In this document: piece after piece, positions 9,369 through 19,349 of the stretch
How positions within the stretch are numbered: position 1 is the stretch's first letter
How the letters are laid out: every line of letters begins with the position of its first letter
Source of the DNA: Spirochaetia bacterium
GTDB lineage: Bacteria > Spirochaetota > Spirochaetia > SP-2023
DNA length: 64,000 nucleotides
Direction: 5' to 3'
Assembly (NCBI GenBank): GCA_965263295.1
Contig: OZ253665.1
Span: 2,176,001 to 2,240,000 of the forward strand
The notes under the pieces: model-generated
Databases searched by the model: none
Seen by the model: only the letters and a program-made list of their open reading frames with translations
Told to the model about the DNA's origin: nothing
Position numbers and translations under genes: made by a program

Positions 9369-10298
9369 CTACCCCTCTTTAACCTCATTCTGTCCACGAT
9401 AATAATGTCGCAGCTCAGGCCCAGCCTGCTGCCAAAACAAAAAGAACTTGTGCTGAGAAAAGCCAAAATATTGGGCTAAAAGTTTTGCGATTGGCTTACC
9501 TACATAGCGGTAGTGCCAAGGCTCATAAATATAACCGGTAAATTCTGCTTGCCCTTCTGGGTATGACAGGGAAAACCCATAATCCAGGGCATGGGCAGCC
9601 AGCCAGCGGCCGGCAGCGGTTGTAGCAAAGGACTGGCTAATTGGCGCAAAGTCAATCACCAGACCTAATTGATGCTGAGACTCGCCCGGCTTGGCAGAAT
9701 AGCGATTTGCAGCATTTACGCCATCACGTTCAGCGTAGCGGCGAAACACATCGCGCTGATATCCAAAGGAACGATAGGTCGAACCCAACGGTAGGTTCAC
9801 CCCTTCAGAACGGGCGACGGTGTTCATTGCCAATAAGTCGGCGATAACAATCCTGCGCAATTGCAGGTCTCCACGCGTCAAGTTCAGCGCGGGATAATTC
9901 TCCAGGGCGACCAAGTCTTGCGGCACATAGTCCGCAGGCAAAGCATGACGCTTGTCTACCAAAAGACTCAAGTAGGGCTCGCGGCGTTGCTGCTCCAGAA
10001 CCTGGGCGCTCAGCTGCAGGAATTCGACGGCCTGATCCCGAACACGTCGGCGCTCCTCTATATTTAAATAACGAGCGGTAAAATCGGCAAAATCCTCTGC
10101 AGTAAAATCAAATACGGGTAACAATTTTGCTGGCGGTACTTGACTCTGCTGCCGATCCTGACTTTTGCTTTTACTTTGGGCTTGGACCCGCCGGGCGCAG
10201 GCCTCAACAGCAAAGCCAAACAGGGCCAAAATCACATAAAATACCGTCCAAGTCAAAAATCTGCAGCTTGAGCGATCAGCAGAAAGCAAAAAGTGCAT
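9369..10298 (-). CDS. M15B (VanY-like) D-Ala-D-Ala carboxypeptidase
   Basis: STYRSFGYQ, SAKPGESQHQLGLVID and YEPWHYRYVG; N-terminal anchor. Confidence 0.9.
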   Translation of the reverse strand: MHFLLSADRSSCRFLTWTVFYVILALFGFAVEACARRVQAQSKSKSQDRQQSQVPPAKLLPVFDFTAEDFADFTARYLNIEERRRVRDQAVEFLQLSAQVLEQQRREPYLSLLVDKRHALPADYVPQDLVALENYPALNLTRGDLQLRRIVIADLLAMNTVARSEGVNLPLGSTYRSFGYQRDVFRRYAERDGVNAANRYSAKPGESQHQLGLVIDFAPISQSFATTAAGRWLAAHALDYGFSLSYPEGQAEFTGYIYEPWHYRYVGKPIAKLLAQYFGFSQHKFFLFWQQAGPELRHYYRGQNEVKEG

Positions 10299-10306
10299 CC
10301 CCTCCC

Positions 10307-11665
10307 TCAGTCGTTTTTCATCGAAATCGGCTGGGCCGTAGCTTCAATCACATGACGCCACAGGGTACTGCCTGGGCTGATCGTCTTGCGTTCGGTCACC
10401 GCCGCCGAAATGGGGATATGAACATAAGTACTGTTCCAATAAGAGATTAAGGCTGAAGTCTTACCGGCCATGGCCGCGTGGGCGGCATACGTGCCCAGCC
10501 GAGCACAATACAAGGCATCCGTGGCAATGGGGCGCGCCGCGCGAATCATATAACTTGGATCAATATATTTCAAATTAATATCAATCTGTTCCTGCCTGAA
10601 GAAGGTATTGATACGGTCGCGCAAAAAGGCCCCGATATCTTTGTGTAAAATGTTGCCTCCCTTGTCCTCGCTTCTTGAATTTTTATCAAAAAACTCCTGT
10701 CCGGCACCTTCAGCCAAAACAATTACGGCATGACCTTTTTTATCCAAATGCTTTTGTAAATGAGCCAGAAAGCCATTCGGCCCCTCCAAGTCAAATGGAA
10801 CTTCGGGGATCAACACAAAGTCAGCATCCTGTGAGGCTATCGCCGTGTGGGCCGCAATAAAACCGGAATCGCGGCCCATCAACTTGACCAGTCCGATACC
10901 GTTGGGCGCACTTGAAGCTTCTACCGTCGCCGACTCTACAGCATGGGACGCCAAAGCCACGGCAGTATCAAACCCAAAGGTTTTGTGGACAAACAGGATA
11001 TCATTATCAATAGTTTTCGGCACACCGATAACCGCAATCTTATGCCCCTGCTTCTGTAAATAATCACTGATATCACGGGCTCCTTTAAGTGTGCCATCTC
11101 CGCCAATCACAAACAATATATTAATGTCCAGTTGCTGAATGCGAGCCGCTATTGATGAAATCTCTTTGCCGCCACCTCGTGCAGACCCTAAAAAAGAGCC
11201 GCCGATCTTGTGAATGGTTCTGACCACGTCCGGATTCAGTTGGATCGTCGGGACATCCGGCTGAAAGCCCAGGTAGCCATTGCGAATCCCAATAATATTT
11301 CGCACTTTGTAACAACTCCACAAAGTGTTGACGATAGAGTGAATTATGTCGTTCAGACCGGGGCAGAGGCCGCCACACGTCACGATAGCCGCCGCAGTGT
11401 TATGCGGATCAAAAAAAATCTCCTTGCGAGGGCCAGCCAGCTCCATTGAATGTTCCCGCTCAACTATAATTGGCCGTTCTTCTCCAAGACAGCGGAAACG
11501 GTTAGCCACCGGGACGCGGGTATCAGAAGGATCACGAGTAAACTTTACTTCTTCAATGTCTGCCAAAGCATCGCTATCTTCGCCATGAGCATAGTTCATG
11601 GGCGAGGGAATTCGGCGTTCTCCTAACTCTGCGACCAATAAATTAACATCTTCATCTTCAGGCAT
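10307..11665 (-). CDS. pfkA: ATP-dependent 6-phosphofructokinase (group X type)
   Basis: TCGGLCPGLN, GGDGTLKG (GGDG indicates the ATP type), PKTIDND, LMGRDSGFIA and KYIDPSYMIR. Confidence 0.92.
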   Translation of the reverse strand: MPEDEDVNLLVAELGERRIPSPMNYAHGEDSDALADIEEVKFTRDPSDTRVPVANRFRCLGEERPIIVEREHSMELAGPRKEIFFDPHNTAAAIVTCGGLCPGLNDIIHSIVNTLWSCYKVRNIIGIRNGYLGFQPDVPTIQLNPDVVRTIHKIGGSFLGSARGGGKEISSIAARIQQLDINILFVIGGDGTLKGARDISDYLQKQGHKIAVIGVPKTIDNDILFVHKTFGFDTAVALASHAVESATVEASSAPNGIGLVKLMGRDSGFIAAHTAIASQDADFVLIPEVPFDLEGPNGFLAHLQKHLDKKGHAVIVLAEGAGQEFFDKNSRSEDKGGNILHKDIGAFLRDRINTFFRQEQIDINLKYIDPSYMIRAARPIATDALYCARLGTYAAHAAMAGKTSALISYWNSTYVHIPISAAVTERKTISPGSTLWRHVIEATAQPISMKND

Positions 11666-11713
11666 AAAACCACCTTTACAAAATTTTTTCTAGGGAATCT
11701 AGGTTGAGATTTT

Positions 11714-13063
11714 TTATCCATTCTCATCTATTTTCAAGAGTTTCTCGCGTAATTCGACACCTTCAATCAGCTCTATCGGCCGCGCTTCACTAAAAGACTT
11801 AACCTTGGCGCCAAACGTATCATTAGTGATCAGCATATAACGACTACAGCCCGACAGTTTACCCTGATTGACTATTTCTCGAACCTGTTCCATGGAAACA
11901 GGTTTGTGGACTAAATTAATCCACACGTAATATATACGCTCATCTTGCTTGTTTAAAGACTTAGCGGTCATCACGATGTCATTTCGGTTATAAGTCTCGC
12001 TGACAACCTGTCTTAAACCGGGAATCAAAAGCTGCAATAGCTGACGCAACACCTGGCCGCGCTGTTCATTTTCGCCGTAATAGAGCAGGTTCAAATTATG
12101 ACTGTGTGCCATCTCGCGATAATTACTAAGTAAGGCATTGGCATCTCGATATTTAGAATTTAGCTTGCAAAGCCGCTGCAGCGATTCACAAGCTTCGTGG
12201 AACTTACCCAACTTTACATACGTTTTAGCGCTGTCATATAGTGCCCGATAAGTCAATTCGCCCACAGGGGTCTCCATAGATGGAACTTTCTCAAGATATT
12301 TCAAAGCTTCAGCCGTATTATTTTGACGCAAATACAAGTGAGCTAAAAAACCACAAGCCATGGCACCTACCGCTTCATTTTCGGCGACACGCTCATAGTA
12401 TTTAATCGCTTGTTCAAACTGCTCTGTTTTGTCCAAACAATTTGCCAAAGCAAGCATGAACTCTGGGTCTTCCTTATGTTGGGGCTCCAGAGGCTGCAGT
12501 AAAAGCAAGGCTTCTTTGAAGCGACTCAACTTAGCATAGCACATCCCCAAGAAAAAGTTGTTGTTTTTATCACTTGGATTCAGCTTGTGAGCTTTCGCCA
12601 ACTCAACTACAGCATCTGCTAAGTGACGCTTTTGAAAAATCAAGAGACCTAATGTCGCAGAAAGTTTCTGATCAACAGCACCAGGTAGAGTGCGCCGAGC
12701 CTTCTGTAGGCTGATCAGGGCGTCTTCAAACTTTTCAGTTTGGTATGCCGATAAGCCAAACTCTAGATATACATTAAAACAACCCTCCGGACTTAAGTGA
12801 TCCGACATGTTCGGGCTAGTCAGTAAAATCATCTGAGAGTAGTAGTCAAAGGCCTTCTCGTAGTTTTGTTGTTTGTAGAAGAGTGAAGCGCTAAGACGCA
12901 ATGCTTCAATATCTTTGGGATCACGTTGCAGCTCCTCTAAGGAAGTCTGCAATAACCCATCGTCGGTTTTGAGCCAATCGCGATAGCTGATCTGCCTATA
13001 GATATACACAGTAACTAATAATATTAATATTATAATACCGATAAGCACTATGGTAAAAAACAT
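11714..13063 (-). CDS. Membrane-anchored TPR protein with C-terminal Mrr-like restriction-endonuclease-fold domain
   Basis: N-terminal TM helix and multiple TPRs. The C-terminal MLITNDTF...FSEARPIELIEGVEL resembles the Mrr_cat tail. Confidence 0.75.
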   Translation of the reverse strand: MFFTIVLIGIIILILLVTVYIYRQISYRDWLKTDDGLLQTSLEELQRDPKDIEALRLSASLFYKQQNYEKAFDYYSQMILLTSPNMSDHLSPEGCFNVYLEFGLSAYQTEKFEDALISLQKARRTLPGAVDQKLSATLGLLIFQKRHLADAVVELAKAHKLNPSDKNNNFFLGMCYAKLSRFKEALLLLQPLEPQHKEDPEFMLALANCLDKTEQFEQAIKYYERVAENEAVGAMACGFLAHLYLRQNNTAEALKYLEKVPSMETPVGELTYRALYDSAKTYVKLGKFHEACESLQRLCKLNSKYRDANALLSNYREMAHSHNLNLLYYGENEQRGQVLRQLLQLLIPGLRQVVSETYNRNDIVMTAKSLNKQDERIYYVWINLVHKPVSMEQVREIVNQGKLSGCSRYMLITNDTFGAKVKSFSEARPIELIEGVELREKLLKIDENG

Positions 13064-13684
13064 AAGATTCCTTTAATATCGTCGCGATAGTAAAATTCGG
13101 TCCATTAAGCTTGCTTACATAATTAATCTGTAGAGGCATATTATTACGCTAGAGCTCAACATAATTAATGGCACCATTATTTAGATTAAAATAAAGAAAA
13201 GTCATTACCTCAACCATCCATTTTTTCCTTAATTGCTAGAGGCAGACAATTTTTTCTTAGCGGAGTTCCAGAATAATGCTAAGCCATTTATATAATTTTT
13301 ATCCAGAACAAAACCCATGTAAGAATCATAGAAGCCATTTTGATTATCATATATTTAATTTAATATCAAACCAGTATAAGCCTTCACCCGTCTGAATATA
13401 TCGTCTAACCTTCAATGAATTTTCTCTCAATTATAGCTTTAAATCGTTTCTTTGTAAAGTTTCTAGCTTTTTATAAAAACTTCTCTATCGCGCTTTGATA
13501 TACCAAATTCAGAGCGTTTTGTTCCCCGCTCTCCTTACCTATGACTTTGCTTGCTCCACAGCAGGATTTACCGGCCTCAAAATCTCCTAATTTTGTTAAT
13601 CATTGATCATCTATATAAGCCGACCCTGTTTTTAAATACAAGCAAGCAAATTCTTCTACGGTTCGCGGCTTTCTAACGCTCCAA

Positions 13685-14554
13685 TTAAGCTTCCAAACCA
13701 AAGTGTAAACAGACACCACGCATTTGCAATTCCAGCCCACAGGCCAACAGGCCTAAAGGACGAGGTTTCTCTTTGTCATCGCCTGCCAGCTGAAAATCCG
13801 CAATGCTATGTGTTGGATACGCCCGCTGATAAATGGGATCTCCGGCGATGGCGAAACCTAAAAAACCGAGCTGGGCGCGAAGCTGATGACGGAAGCCCTT
13901 TTGAAGACTGACAGCAAAGTAAGTACCCTCGGCTGCGCTGTGGGCCTCTTCAATACGCGTCGTACATAAAACAGTTTTCTTCCGCCCCCATTTAGGTTCT
14001 GCCGCCAAATCCTGCGGGATGACGCGCACCTCCGCGCCGTTAGGACCATACGAGCGAAAGTAACTGCGGTACTCGCGACATTGCGGCAGTTCGCACTCGC
14101 TCGCCCTACGAGAACTCCAAGCCACATAGTATTTGCGGATCCGCCGCTGTTGCTGCAGTTGCTTTAAATGGCTGTATGCTTCGTTATTTGCAGCTTGCAA
14201 CAATAAACCACCCGTCAAATAGTCGAGGCGCTGGACTAGCCCCCCTTCTGTCGGCAAAGGCTCCCAAGCCTGATTTTGCAACAAAAAAGACTCAATGCTG
14301 GGGCCAGAATTGCGCCCTGCGCCAACACTGTGCCAGCCTGGAGGCTTGAAAACCAGGCGCAGACCTCGCAGCCAAGGCTCTAGCTGATACAACTCTACTC
14401 CATTTTTGCGCAGGCCAGTTAAAAGCTCTTGATATATGTAAGGCTGGATTTTATCCGCCATGTCCAGCCAATGATAGTAAGCCATAAATAACTGACGCAA
14501 AGATTTATATCCGCGGAGCCGAAATTTTTGTTTTCTTTCTTCCGTTGACGCCAT
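13685..14554 (-). CDS. RluA-family pseudouridine synthase (start uncertain)
   Basis: VFKPPG, QRLDYLTGGLLL (catalytic RLD) and GFRHQLRAQLGFLGFAIAGDPIY. Confidence 0.85.
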   Translation of the reverse strand: MASTEERKQKFRLRGYKSLRQLFMAYYHWLDMADKIQPYIYQELLTGLRKNGVELYQLEPWLRGLRLVFKPPGWHSVGAGRNSGPSIESFLLQNQAWEPLPTEGGLVQRLDYLTGGLLLQAANNEAYSHLKQLQQQRRIRKYYVAWSSRRASECELPQCREYRSYFRSYGPNGAEVRVIPQDLAAEPKWGRKKTVLCTTRIEEAHSAAEGTYFAVSLQKGFRHQLRAQLGFLGFAIAGDPIYQRAYPTHSIADFQLAGDDKEKPRPLGLLACGLELQMRGVCLHFGLEA

Positions 14555-14583
14555 CGCGTTGCAGGACAACGCCAGCGGGGGGC

Positions 14584-15738
14584 TCAATTTTGCTGCAGCC
14601 AACGTAGCGCCAAATAGGGGTCCCACATTGCTGCCGTGGCGCTCATCGCCAGCTCCGCACCATCTGTTAGGCGCTCTGTCAAGTCACAAGCCTGCATCAT
14701 GCCGCCGACTCCGACAATGACAAAGTCGTCTTTGCGCTCGTGGCGCAAAGCGGCCAAGTCACGGACGAACTGGCGACCAACCCGCCGAATTGCGCCGCCG
14801 CAAATACCGCTTTTTAAACGGCCTTCACCGGGCAACGCCGGCCGGCCATCCGCGCGGCGCACATTGCTGGGAACGGTATTGATGCCAGCGTAGCCATTTA
14901 CATACGGCCGAGTGGCCTCAACCAAGGCCTGCAGTTTATCGGGGGATTGGTAACCCAGCTTCAACAACAATGGCACGGCCTTTCCAATAGCCGTGCGGAT
15001 TTCCCGCGCTGTGCGCGCCGCATTCTCGGCGTCAGCGTACAGCATGCCGGTAGCGCTACCCCCCAGGTTGGGGCACGAAAAGTTCGCTTCCAACACCTTG
15101 GCGCCCGCATCGCGGGCCATGGCGGCGGTATACGCAAAATCCTGCACCAGGCTGCGACCCCGCCCGCCCTTTCCGGCCCCTTCGGTTCCCATTATGGACA
15201 CGATCAGTAATTGCCCTTCACCGCAGTAAGAATTCGCCCGTTCGACATCCGGCATCCAAACCTCAGGTGCCATGCTCGGCACACCAAAGGAATTCGTAAT
15301 ACTGAGCTGCCCCATTTGCTGCGGGGCCTCTCCGACCAGCAGTTCAGGCAAGCTCTCCCGCGCGAGTAACAGCGCGGGATCAAACTCCGGCGACTGCTGT
15401 GGCATTTCCACATATATGCAGTTGGGCGCTGGATGACAAGCCCGAAAAACGCTGCGAACCGTTTTATATACCGGTACCGAAAATCCAAAGTTCAAGTAAA
15501 ATCGCACCCAATCGGCGTTCAATAATGGCCCAGACGGAATGCCTATAGGGTTTGCCAAGTGAAATCCCAAAAATTCAAAACCATGATTGACGGCATGATC
15601 GACTGAATGGTCAAGATTTTGTCCTAAAGTTATGCGCTCAGGAGTTTGCGGGCCGTCCTCATAGTTTTCCTCATAACTTTTGTCGCAGGCGTAGACTTCT
15701 GTGAATTTCTCAGGAATTTCTGACAATATTTCAGACAT
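14584..15738 (-). CDS. Class 1 dihydroorotate/dihydropyrimidine dehydrogenase-like FMN enzyme
   Basis: NPIGIPSGP, YKT, EANFSCPN, LLKL, GINT, SGICG and VGVGG. Confidence 0.8.
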   Translation of the reverse strand: MSEILSEIPEKFTEVYACDKSYEENYEDGPQTPERITLGQNLDHSVDHAVNHGFEFLGFHLANPIGIPSGPLLNADWVRFYLNFGFSVPVYKTVRSVFRACHPAPNCIYVEMPQQSPEFDPALLLARESLPELLVGEAPQQMGQLSITNSFGVPSMAPEVWMPDVERANSYCGEGQLLIVSIMGTEGAGKGGRGRSLVQDFAYTAAMARDAGAKVLEANFSCPNLGGSATGMLYADAENAARTAREIRTAIGKAVPLLLKLGYQSPDKLQALVEATRPYVNGYAGINTVPSNVRRADGRPALPGEGRLKSGICGGAIRRVGRQFVRDLAALRHERKDDFVIVGVGGMMQACDLTERLTDGAELAMSATAAMWDPYLALRWLQQN

Positions 15739-15835
15739 AATAAATTATTATATTATCTATTACTTGATTTTTTGCAAGGAAATACCTAAGTTTTATCTCA
15801 GGTATTTCAATTTAATATTGGAGCAAGGAGTTTCT

Positions 15836-16534
15836 ATGAACAAATTTATAAGTGCGAGTTTGGTATTCCTCGCCTCTACCTTATTTTCTTGTAATACTTT
15901 AAATCAAAATATTCGCCCCAATTACAAGATAGTGGATCACAAAGGGGTTCTCGCAGGAGTCAAGATTCCTGCCGTCATTAAAGATGCCATGACTGAGCCC
16001 GCGGAAGAGCTTGCGCGAAAATACTTTCCCGAAAGTTATGTTTTTGTCGCCAATCAGAAAGGCCGCGACCTCGACGGCCTGATTACATGGTCCAAGAATT
16101 TCCAAGTTCAGGCTGAAGTGGCCAAGCGCATCCAGACCAGTATCGACTTTGCGGCCAATAACTCTGTCAGCGGCAACAAGGATACACTTGTAACGACTAT
16201 GAACATCGTGACTGAAATAGTGGCCAAGCAAAACATTTCCGGCCTGCAGATGCAGCAAGATTGGTGGATCAAACTACAGTACGAAGATGGCAAAGAGGAA
16301 TATCAGTACCTAGCTGTGTACGCGATCAAGAGATCTTTGCTCGACAAGTTCATGAACGATGCCATTGACCAAGCTGCCGCACAGCAGAACCTGAGCGACG
16401 AAGACAAAGCCACGGTAGCCAAACTAGGCGATGACCTGAGCAATTCAGGCTATGGTTTGGAAGATAGCGAGGGAGAATTTTCCGCGGTGGCCTTTGAATC
16501 CAGTATGGACCCCAGTATGGCTGAAACAAAATAA
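15836..16534 (+). CDS. Lipoprotein of unknown function
   Basis: Start revised to MNKFISASLVFLASTLFSC (RBS AAGGAG); spirochaetal lipobox LFSC. Confidence 0.8.
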   Translation: MNKFISASLVFLASTLFSCNTLNQNIRPNYKIVDHKGVLAGVKIPAVIKDAMTEPAEELARKYFPESYVFVANQKGRDLDGLITWSKNFQVQAEVAKRIQTSIDFAANNSVSGNKDTLVTTMNIVTEIVAKQNISGLQMQQDWWIKLQYEDGKEEYQYLAVYAIKRSLLDKFMNDAIDQAAAQQNLSDEDKATVAKLGDDLSNSGYGLEDSEGEFSAVAFESSMDPSMAETK

Positions 16535-16540
16535 GGAAGA

Positions 16541-17647
16541 ATGATGAACACAAGATTGTGCGGGGCTTTTAAATTTCGCACAGCCAGTCTGCTCAGTGCC
16601 GGCAGCCTGGCGCTGCTTCTTAGCTGTGTTTCAGCCAGCAGCGACTCATCCGCTAGCAATGGCGCTCCCTCCTGGTACACGGACAAAGACAAGAGCTACC
16701 CCAATCGAGACTACCTGGCAGTGAGCGGCAAGGGTAGCACTGAACGCGAAGCAAAGCGCGATGCCGCCGGGGAATTGGCCACCCAATTCAGTGCTAAAAT
16801 TGACTATGATTCCACCGCATCCCTACACTACGCCGAATCTGGCGATAACGCGAGTACTGCGCGCGGGATTGACCAAACTGTGCGCGTACGCAGCGATCAA
16901 GAAATCGCCGGGATAGAATATTCCCAAGCTTTCCGTGCCGGAAGCCAAGTGTATATTGTCGCCTATCTTGAGCGCGAGAAGGTTGGGAAGCTTTATTCCG
17001 AGCGCATTGCCGAGCGCCGCGACAAGATTGCGGAGCTGCGCCGGCGCGCGGCGGCTCTCAACCCCGCAGATAAGAATACTGAAGACCTGCTGGCGGGCTT
17101 TATCCTTTACGACTACAGTGTCGATCAAGCCTTGCGCAATCAGATTTTGCTGGAACAATTACAAATAATTAACAAAGCCATGCACGACCGCGTGGACGCA
17201 ACAATTGACTACGACTCAGTGCAACTGGCCGCGGAGCGCGCCAAATTTGCCAGCCGTCTGTCCTTTGATGTCAATTACAACGAAAAAAACGAATTAGCCT
17301 TCCTGGGTGAAAACATTGCCAGCAAACTGACGCAGCTGGGTTTTCCCCGTAAAAAGAACGGTGATAGCGCTTTACTCGTCGACTTTGAACTGCAGCTTGC
17401 GGACGTCCAGACGAACAACCGCTACCAGAACATTGCCTGGGACCTGCAAATTCGCTTTACACGTATGCAAAATGTCGACGGCAGCGGGGCCCAAACCAGC
17501 CTTCTTGAATTCAGCAAAAGTGGCCGGGAGTCTGGGATTACGCGCTCACGTGCACTTACGACACTCAAACGCCTGCTCAGCGAGGAAATTGAAAATCAAT
17601 TCATGAGTCAGCTCTACGAGCACTTCGCAAAGTTTGCGGGGCTGTAA
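16541..17647 (+). CDS. LPP20-like lipoprotein
   Basis: Lipobox LLSC; APSWY...YLAVSGKG...EAKRDAAGELATQFSAKI pattern of LPP20 domains. Confidence 0.72.
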   Translation: MMNTRLCGAFKFRTASLLSAGSLALLLSCVSASSDSSASNGAPSWYTDKDKSYPNRDYLAVSGKGSTEREAKRDAAGELATQFSAKIDYDSTASLHYAESGDNASTARGIDQTVRVRSDQEIAGIEYSQAFRAGSQVYIVAYLEREKVGKLYSERIAERRDKIAELRRRAAALNPADKNTEDLLAGFILYDYSVDQALRNQILLEQLQIINKAMHDRVDATIDYDSVQLAAERAKFASRLSFDVNYNEKNELAFLGENIASKLTQLGFPRKKNGDSALLVDFELQLADVQTNNRYQNIAWDLQIRFTRMQNVDGSGAQTSLLEFSKSGRESGITRSRALTTLKRLLSEEIENQFMSQLYEHFAKFAGL

Positions 17648-17689
17648 GTCTAAAAAAAATAATAAAAACGAATTTAACGGAGAACTATT

Positions 17690-18973
17690 ATGCCGGTTTC
17701 AGCTGTTGTCGGGGCCAACTGGGGCGACGAGGGCAAAGGGAAATTTGCCGATTTCCTGGCCCAACGCGCGGACTTTGTCGCGCGCTTTCAAGGAGGCCGC
17801 AATGCCGGCCATACCATTATCAACAAATATGGCAAATTTGCCTTGCATTTACTCCCTGCGGGAGTTTTCAACCACAATACAAGCAACGTCTTGGGCCCCT
17901 GCGTCGCGGTAGATGTCGAGTCTCTGCGCGAGGAGCTGGCCGGGCTGGCGCGGCAAAATGTTCCCGAACCCCAGCTGCTGATTTCCGAGCGCGCGCAACT
18001 ATTGTTTTCCTATCACAAGCTGTTTGACACTCTTGAGGAAGAGCGGCGGGCAGCCGCCAATTTTGGTTCCACTCGCTGCGGGATCGCCCCATTCTACAGT
18101 GACATGCATGCCAAAATAGGGTTGCAACTACACGATCTGTTTGACGAAGCGGCCTTGCGAGAACACTTTGGGTTAATCCTGCCACAGAAAAATGCTTTGC
18201 TGCGCGAACTGTATCAGCATCCAGAATTGAAAATGGAGGACTTACTCGACGAAGCTCGATCCGCACGCGATTTTCTGCAGCCCTTTCTCTGCGATACGGG
18301 GGCCCTGCTGCGGCGTGCCCTGAACGAAGGGAAAAACATCCTGGTCGAAGGGCAGCTGGGCAGCCTGCGCGACATTTACCACGGTATTTACCCCTATTCA
18401 ACTTCCTCGTGTCCCTTGGCCAGCTTTGCCCCGGCAGCCCTGGGGCTGCCTCCCCGCGAGCTGAAGACCATTCTGGCCGTAACCAAAGCCTATTCATCTT
18501 GCGTCGGTCAAGGTCCATTCGTCGCGGAACTACATGGAACCCAAGCCGACGAGCTGCGCCGTCGAGGCGGCGGCAGCGGCGAGTATGGCGCGACAACTGG
18601 CCGCCCGCGCCGGGTGGGCTGGTTTGATGCCGTGGCGACACGTTACGGCGTCGAAGTTCAGGGGGCGACCGAGGTCGCCCTGACGAATATTGACGTTTTA
18701 GGTTATTTGGAACAAATTCCGGTCTGCGTCGCCTATCGCGACCCCGAAAGCGGCAAGGAACTGCGGGAATTTCCCAATCAAAGCATGCAGGCGCGCATGC
18801 GCCCCGTATTTAAAGAAGTTCCCGGCTGGAAACAGGAAATCAGTGGCATACGCGAATTTAAACGGCTACCCGAAGCCGCCCGCAACTACGTACTCTTTTT
18901 GGAAGAGCTTTTAAATGTGCGCATATCGCTAATTTCCAATGGCCCCGAACGCGAGCAGGTCATCCAGCGCTAG
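17690..18973 (+). CDS. purA: Adenylosuccinate synthetase
   Basis: GANWGDEGKGK, RFQGGRNAGHT and GEYGATTGRPRRVGWFD. Confidence 0.97.
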   Translation: MPVSAVVGANWGDEGKGKFADFLAQRADFVARFQGGRNAGHTIINKYGKFALHLLPAGVFNHNTSNVLGPCVAVDVESLREELAGLARQNVPEPQLLISERAQLLFSYHKLFDTLEEERRAAANFGSTRCGIAPFYSDMHAKIGLQLHDLFDEAALREHFGLILPQKNALLRELYQHPELKMEDLLDEARSARDFLQPFLCDTGALLRRALNEGKNILVEGQLGSLRDIYHGIYPYSTSSCPLASFAPAALGLPPRELKTILAVTKAYSSCVGQGPFVAELHGTQADELRRRGGGSGEYGATTGRPRRVGWFDAVATRYGVEVQGATEVALTNIDVLGYLEQIPVCVAYRDPESGKELREFPNQSMQARMRPVFKEVPGWKQEISGIREFKRLPEAARNYVLFLEELLNVRISLISNGPEREQVIQR

Positions 18974-19023
18974 GAATCTTCAATTTGAATGCCAGCTCAT
19001 TGAATTTCACAAAATACTTTTAT

Positions 19024-19063
19024 AAAAGAAGAAAGAGCAAGTGCACTTGCTCTTTCTTCTTTT
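19024..19063. terminator. Perfect 40-bp palindrome between convergent purA and tRNA-Leu (bidirectional terminator)
   Basis: aaaagaagaaagagcaagtg|cacttgctctttcttctttt is exactly self-complementary. Confidence 0.75.
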
Positions 19064-19146
19064 GCCTAGAAAAGGACTCGAACCTTCACGGGGTCGCCCC
19101 CACTAGTACCTGAAACTAGCGTGTCTACCGATTCCACCACCTAGGC
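19063..19146 (-). tRNA. tRNA-Leu(CAG)
   Basis: GCCTAGGTGGTGGAATCGGTAGACACG CTAGT-TT-CAG-GT-ACTAG, long variable arm, GGTTCGAGTCC; CCA not encoded. Confidence 0.95.
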
Positions 19147-19162
19147 TCTGCACCAGAGCTGT

Positions 19163-19191
19163 ATTCTAGAGAAGTAAATGCTTTTTGTCAA
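19163..19191 (-). promoter_or_regulatory. Sigma-70 promoter of tRNA-Leu
   Basis: TTGACA-N17-TAGAAT on the minus strand. Confidence 0.8.
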
Positions 19192-19349
19192 GCGGCGGGC
19201 AGCTTCTATATGGGGACCTCGATACTTTTCGACCGGAATATTTGGGCGCATTTTGCCAGCCAAGCCGCAAATTGCATCCAATCGCCGAATCGCAATATTT
19301 TCCGGATTGTCGTATTTTATTGGCGAAACATTTTCAAACGCGCTGCGCT

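Noticed and set aside
13064..13684. 620-nt AT-rich gap as an origin or ncRNA
   Set aside because: No DnaA boxes, repeats or convincing structure, and the skew does not appear to change here.
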